Program-made: the position numbers and the translations under genes
Shown: piece by piece, positions 57,778 through 64,000 of the stretch
How the letters are laid out: each line of letters opens with the position of its first letter
How positions within the stretch are numbered: position 1 is the stretch's first letter
From: Anaeromyxobacteraceae bacterium
Lineage (GTDB): Bacteria; Myxococcota; Myxococcia; Myxococcales; Anaeromyxobacteraceae
Direction of reading: 5' to 3'
Length of the DNA: 64,000 nucleotides
NCBI GenBank assembly: GCA_032654565.1
Contig: JAULAX010000018.1
Span: 256,001 to 320,000 of the forward strand
The notes under the pieces: generated by a model
The model's input: the letters and a program-made list of their open reading frames with translations, nothing else
Told to the model about the DNA's origin: nothing
Databases searched by the model: none

Positions 57778-58128
57778 TCACACCGCGGGCCGGACCACCA
57801 CCGCGGTGCCGTAGGCCACGATCTCGTTGGTGTTCTGCATCAGCTCGGAGGAGTCGAAGCGCATCCCCAGCACGCAGTTGGCCCCCATCTGGCGGGCGTT
57901 CTGCTCGAGCCGGTTCATGGCCTCGTTGCGGGTGTCGTTGGCCAGCTCGGTGAACATGGTGATCTCGCCGCCGAAGATGGTCTGCAGGCCGGCGCAGGTG
58001 GTGCCGACGACGCTGCGGCTGCGCACCGTGATCCCCCAGCACGGGCCGATGAGCCGCTCGATGACGTGGCCGGGCGGCGGATCGAAGGTGGTCTGGATGG
58101 GGATGGCGTGGCGGAGGACGGTGGTCAT
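57778..58128 (-). CDS. YbjQ / UPF0145 family protein
   Basis: GITVRSR, LQTIFGGEITMFTEL...RNEAMNRL...ARQMGANCVLGMRFD, EIVAYGTAV. Confidence 0.92.
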   Translation of the reverse strand: MTTVLRHAIPIQTTFDPPPGHVIERLIGPCWGITVRSRSVVGTTCAGLQTIFGGEITMFTELANDTRNEAMNRLEQNARQMGANCVLGMRFDSSELMQNTNEIVAYGTAVVVRPAV

Positions 58129-58287
58129 CGGGGCTCCTGGGGTCTGGGGCGATGCTACCCCAGACCCGGCCGTCGCGGGGGCGCAGGCGGGGCGCGCCGG
58201 GGCGCCCTCTCGCGGTAGGATGCGCGGCCCGGCCGGCCCGGTTACAGACCGGGGCCGTCGCCGGCCCAACGTCGCAGGAGGATGAGG

Positions 58288-60813
<2,526 letters not shown>

Positions 60814-60826
60814 CCCCGGGCGCCGG

Positions 60827-62902
60827 TCAGCGGAGGCCGAAGAACCCGGGCCAGCCGGTGGCGGCCAGTGGCGGGACGATGGCCCCCGGCGGGCAGCCGC
60901 AGGGGGCGGAGGCGGTGTCTGGCGACCAGCCGACCTGGGCCGTGCCGGTCACGGCGACCGGGTTCAGACCGAGTCCCCAGGTGATGCGGGCAGCCGGGCA
61001 CCCCGAGACCAGGTACGGGCCGAAGAGCGTGTAGCCATTGGTGTCGACGTCCAGCCCGAAGAGGGCCGCCCCGGGGGCTGCGCCGGCCTGGCAGTAGAGC
61101 CCGCCTCCGACCGCCGAGACGGCGGCGCCGGTGATCTGTCCGGCGCCCACCCCGATCGACAGCCCGGGGAGGGTCAGGCGAGTGGCCGCCTGGACGCTGC
61201 CGCTGAAGTGGGCCGCCGCCAGCACCTGGCCGAACGGGATGAGGTTCTGGTAGGCCCCCGCCAGCTGCCAGTCCTCGACGATGCCGGGCTTGCCCCCGCA
61301 GGCCGGCGCGTCGTTGCGCAGCCGGAAGGCGCAGCTGCCCGTCGCGGAGAGGGTCCCGTTCGAGGCCACCACCGTCCACCCGCCGCCGTCGGTGACCATG
61401 TCGCAGTAGACGTCGAAGCCGGTCACTCCGTCGGGCGCGATCCGGTAGACGCCACTGTTGGTCGCGCCCGCCTCGACCAGCGCCGACTTGCAGGTGGCTG
61501 GTGCGCAGAGGCCGGCGAGGCAGGTGCTGCTGGCCCCGGCGCAGTCGCCGTTGGCCGCGCAGGTGGCCCCCGGTCCGCAGGCCGGGCAGGTGCCGCCGCC
61601 GCAGTCGACGCCGGTCTCCAGGCCGTTCTTGACCATGTCGGTGCAGGTCGCCGCCTGGCACTTGCCGGCGGAGCAGACCTTGCTGGCGCAGTCGGCGTTG
61701 GCGGCGCAGGCCTTGCTGTCGGCGCAGGGCGCGCAGGGGCCGCCGCAGTCGACGTCGGTCTCGGCGCCGTTCTTGACGCCGTCGTTGCAGGCCGCCGTCC
61801 GGCACACCCCGGCGGCGCAGACGCCGCTCCGGCAGTCGGCGGCCAGGGCGCAGGCCTTGGTGTCGGCGCACGGCCCGCAGGAGCCGCCGCAGTCGACGTC
61901 GGTCTCGGTGCCGTTCTTGACGCCGTCAGTGCAGGTCGAGGACGCGCAGAACCCGCCCGCGCAGACGGCGGAGGTGCAGTCGCGGGGGAGGAGGCAGGTC
62001 TTCCCCGGCGGGCAGGAGGCGCAGCCGCCCCCGCCGCAGTCCGGGGCGGTCTCGGTGCCGTTGGTGACGCCGTCGTTGCAGGCGGGGAAGGCGCAGGCCC
62101 CGCCAGAGCAGACGGCGCTGTCGCAGTCGCCGCCGGCGTTGCAGGCCTTCCCGGGCGGGCAGAGCGGGCAGGCCCCGCCGCCGCAGTCGACGGCCGTCTC
62201 GCCGCCGTTCTTCACCATGTCGGCGCAGGAGGCTGGCTGGCAGGTGAGCCCGTCGCAGACCAGGCTGGCGCAGTCGCCGGGGCCGGCGCAGCGCTGCCCG
62301 TCGAAGCAGGGCGGGCAGGTGCCGCCGCAGTCGACGTCGGTCTCGGTGCCGTTCATCATCCCGTCGCCGCAGGAGGGGGTGACGCAGGTGCCCGATCCGC
62401 AGTAATTGGCCTGGCAGTCGCCGTTGCTGGTGCAGGTCTTGCCGTCGGCGCAGGGCGGGCAGGCGCCGCCGCCGCAGTCGACGTCGGTCTCGGTGGCGTT
62501 CTTCACCAGGTCGGCGCAGGTCGGCGCCCGGCAGGTGGCGGCGGTGCAGACCAGGCTGGCGCAGTCGGGCCCCGCGGTGCAGGCCTTGCCGTCGGCGCAG
62601 GCAGGGCAGGGGCCGCCGCAGTCGACGTCCAGCTCGGCGCCGTTCTTGACGGCATCGGCGCAGGTGGGCAGCTGGCAGGTGGCGCCGCTGCAGACCCGGC
62701 TCGCGCAGTCGGTGGCGGCGGCGCAGGCGCGGGCGGCCGGGCAGGGGGCGCAGGCGGTCCCGCCGCAGTCGACGTCGGTCTCGGCACCGTTCTTGACGGT
62801 GTCGGTGCAGGTCGGCGCCGGCGCCGCCGGGCTGGAGCCGCAGGCGGCGAGCAGGAGCAGGGCGGTGGAGGCGGCGAGTCGGGACCAGGTGGCGAGCGAC
62901 AT
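60827..62902 (-). CDS. Cys-rich repeat lipoprotein with C-terminal fibrinogen-like (YCD..GGGW) domain
   Basis: Lipobox LAAC; nine roughly 48-aa repeats C.D...N..E...DCGG; then VYCDMVTDGGGWTVV. Confidence 0.88.
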   Translation of the reverse strand: MSLATWSRLAASTALLLLAACGSSPAAPAPTCTDTVKNGAETDVDCGGTACAPCPAARACAAATDCASRVCSGATCQLPTCADAVKNGAELDVDCGGPCPACADGKACTAGPDCASLVCTAATCRAPTCADLVKNATETDVDCGGGACPPCADGKTCTSNGDCQANYCGSGTCVTPSCGDGMMNGTETDVDCGGTCPPCFDGQRCAGPGDCASLVCDGLTCQPASCADMVKNGGETAVDCGGGACPLCPPGKACNAGGDCDSAVCSGGACAFPACNDGVTNGTETAPDCGGGGCASCPPGKTCLLPRDCTSAVCAGGFCASSTCTDGVKNGTETDVDCGGSCGPCADTKACALAADCRSGVCAAGVCRTAACNDGVKNGAETDVDCGGPCAPCADSKACAANADCASKVCSAGKCQAATCTDMVKNGLETGVDCGGGTCPACGPGATCAANGDCAGASSTCLAGLCAPATCKSALVEAGATNSGVYRIAPDGVTGFDVYCDMVTDGGGWTVVASNGTLSATGSCAFRLRNDAPACGGKPGIVEDWQLAGAYQNLIPFGQVLAAAHFSGSVQAATRLTLPGLSIGVGAGQITGAAVSAVGGGLYCQAGAAPGAALFGLDVDTNGYTLFGPYLVSGCPAARITWGLGLNPVAVTGTAQVGWSPDTASAPCGCPPGAIVPPLAATGWPGFFGLR

Positions 62903-63041
62903 GGTGGAGCCTCCGGGGCGGCGCCACCACCGTGGTGGGTGCGCTCGCAGTGAAGTCCCGACCTCTGTAGCACGCTGTACGCAACGTGGATGGGCAATCC
63001 GCCACAGGCCCGAGGGAGGGTGCCAGGCGGGGTCGGTCCTG

Positions 63042-63557
63042 TCACCCGTCCGCGGGACGCCAGCCGAACCGTGCCAGCTCCACCCGCCCCCGGCCGTCGA
63101 CCACCACCCCCTCGCGCTCGAGCAGCGCCCGCTGCGCCGCCGCGCCGACCGGGTCGCGCAGCGAGATGCCGGCCCGCCCGGCGCCGCGGGCCCCGAGCAC
63201 CCGCTGCCAGGGCACGTCGTGGACGGTGCTGCGCAGCGCCGAGAGGGCGTAGCCGCAGAGCCGGGCCCCGCGCGGCCGGCCGGCCAGCGCCGCCACCTGG
63301 CCGTAGGTGGCCACCTTCCCGCGTGGGATGCGACGCGCCACCTCGTAGAAGGGCTCGAACTTCACCACCACGCCGCCCGTCCCACGGCCACTGGCCGCCC
63401 GTTCGCCTCCGCCGGCCTCGCGACCACCATCGCCTCCGCCACCACCAGCGCCGCGCCCGACGGTCCTGGACGGCCTGGCCGGCTTCGCGGAACCGCCCGC
63501 CGTTCCGCGGCCTTTGGTCGCGTCACCCCCTCGTCGCACGGCTCCGGCCCTCTTCAT
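63042..63557 (-). CDS. Alkyltransferase-like (ATL/YbaZ-type, MGMT family) protein
   Basis: RRIPRGKVATYGQVAALAG.PRGAR, VPWQRV, QRALLEREGV. Start uncertain because of a low-complexity N-terminus. Confidence 0.88.
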   Translation of the reverse strand: MKRAGAVRRGGDATKGRGTAGGSAKPARPSRTVGRGAGGGGGDGGREAGGGERAASGRGTGGVVVKFEPFYEVARRIPRGKVATYGQVAALAGRPRGARLCGYALSALRSTVHDVPWQRVLGARGAGRAGISLRDPVGAAAQRALLEREGVVVDGRGRVELARFGWRPADG

Positions 63558-63620
63558 GTCATCCTCGCTCGACCCGACGGGGGCGCCACTCGCCACCCGT
63601 TCCGGATTAGGTTACCCCCC

Positions 63621-64000
63621 ATGACCCACACCCGCACCGTCGTCGCCGTCGCCGCCGCCCTCCTGCTGGGCGGCTGCGGTTACCAGTCGATCCCCCGCGC
63701 CGAGAACGCCGTCACCGCCGGCTGGGCCGAGGTGGAGAACCAGTACCAGCGCCGCTCCGACCTGGTCCCCAACCTGGTGGAGACGGTGAAGGGCTACGCC
63801 TCGCACGAGAAGGCGACGCTGGAGGGGGTGATGGAGGCCCGGGCCAAGGCCACCTCGGTGCAGATCTCGGCCAACGACCTGACGCCGGAGAAGCTCAAGG
63901 CCTTCGAGGCGGCGCAGGGGCAGCTGCGCGGCGCGCTGGGGCGGCTGCTGGCGGTGGCCGAGAACTACCCGCAGCTCAAGGCCAACGAGAACTTCCGCGA
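63621..64000 (+). CDS. lemA: LemA family protein (3' end runs off the window)
   Basis: Manual translation: MTHTRTVVAVAAALLLGGCGYQSIP...WAEVENQYQRRSDLVPNLVETVKGYASHE...AENYPQLKANENF. Confidence 0.95.
   Translation, partial: MTHTRTVVAVAAALLLGGCGYQSIPRAENAVTAGWAEVENQYQRRSDLVPNLVETVKGYASHEKATLEGVMEARAKATSVQISANDLTPEKLKAFEAAQGQLRGALGRLLAVAENYPQLKANENFR

Overview
Very GC-rich bacterial chromosomal DNA, densely coding. The gene content (Ser/Thr kinase, sigma-54 two-component system, DVDCGG cysteine-repeat lipoprotein, FHA protein) suggests an Anaeromyxobacter-like Myxococcota genome; this is inference. Recognisable blocks, left to right: an AAA_14/DUF4143-type ATPase cut by the window edge, with a 23-bp tandem array over its promoter; ABC-F ATPase; pruA; a histidine kinase/sigma-54 activator pair divergent from a sigma-54-driven HlyD/ABC exporter operon; a kinase-TPR protein; an HNH endonuclease gene with a structured upstream region; RecQ; an Rrf2-sufBCDSUT operon; a malonate island (acyl-CoA synthetase, LIV-type ABC transporter, GntR, mdcACDEGBH); rnhA and other housekeeping genes; a translationally coupled membrane protein-S9 peptidase-ycaO-tfuA operon facing a second S9 peptidase; glgP; a Cys-repeat lipoprotein; an ATL protein; and lemA, cut by the window edge. 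No rRNA, tRNA, CRISPR array or transposase was seen. Best leads for something undescribed: the YcaO-TfuA thioamidation operon with no visible precursor peptide, the iteron-like array on the DUF4143 ATPase promoter, the covarying hairpin repeats next to the HNH gene, and a LIV-type ABC transporter embedded in a malonate operon. Two deletion scars are also visible (a collapsed RND efflux operon and a microhomology-deleted thioesterase). All family assignments come from motif recognition by eye, not database searches.
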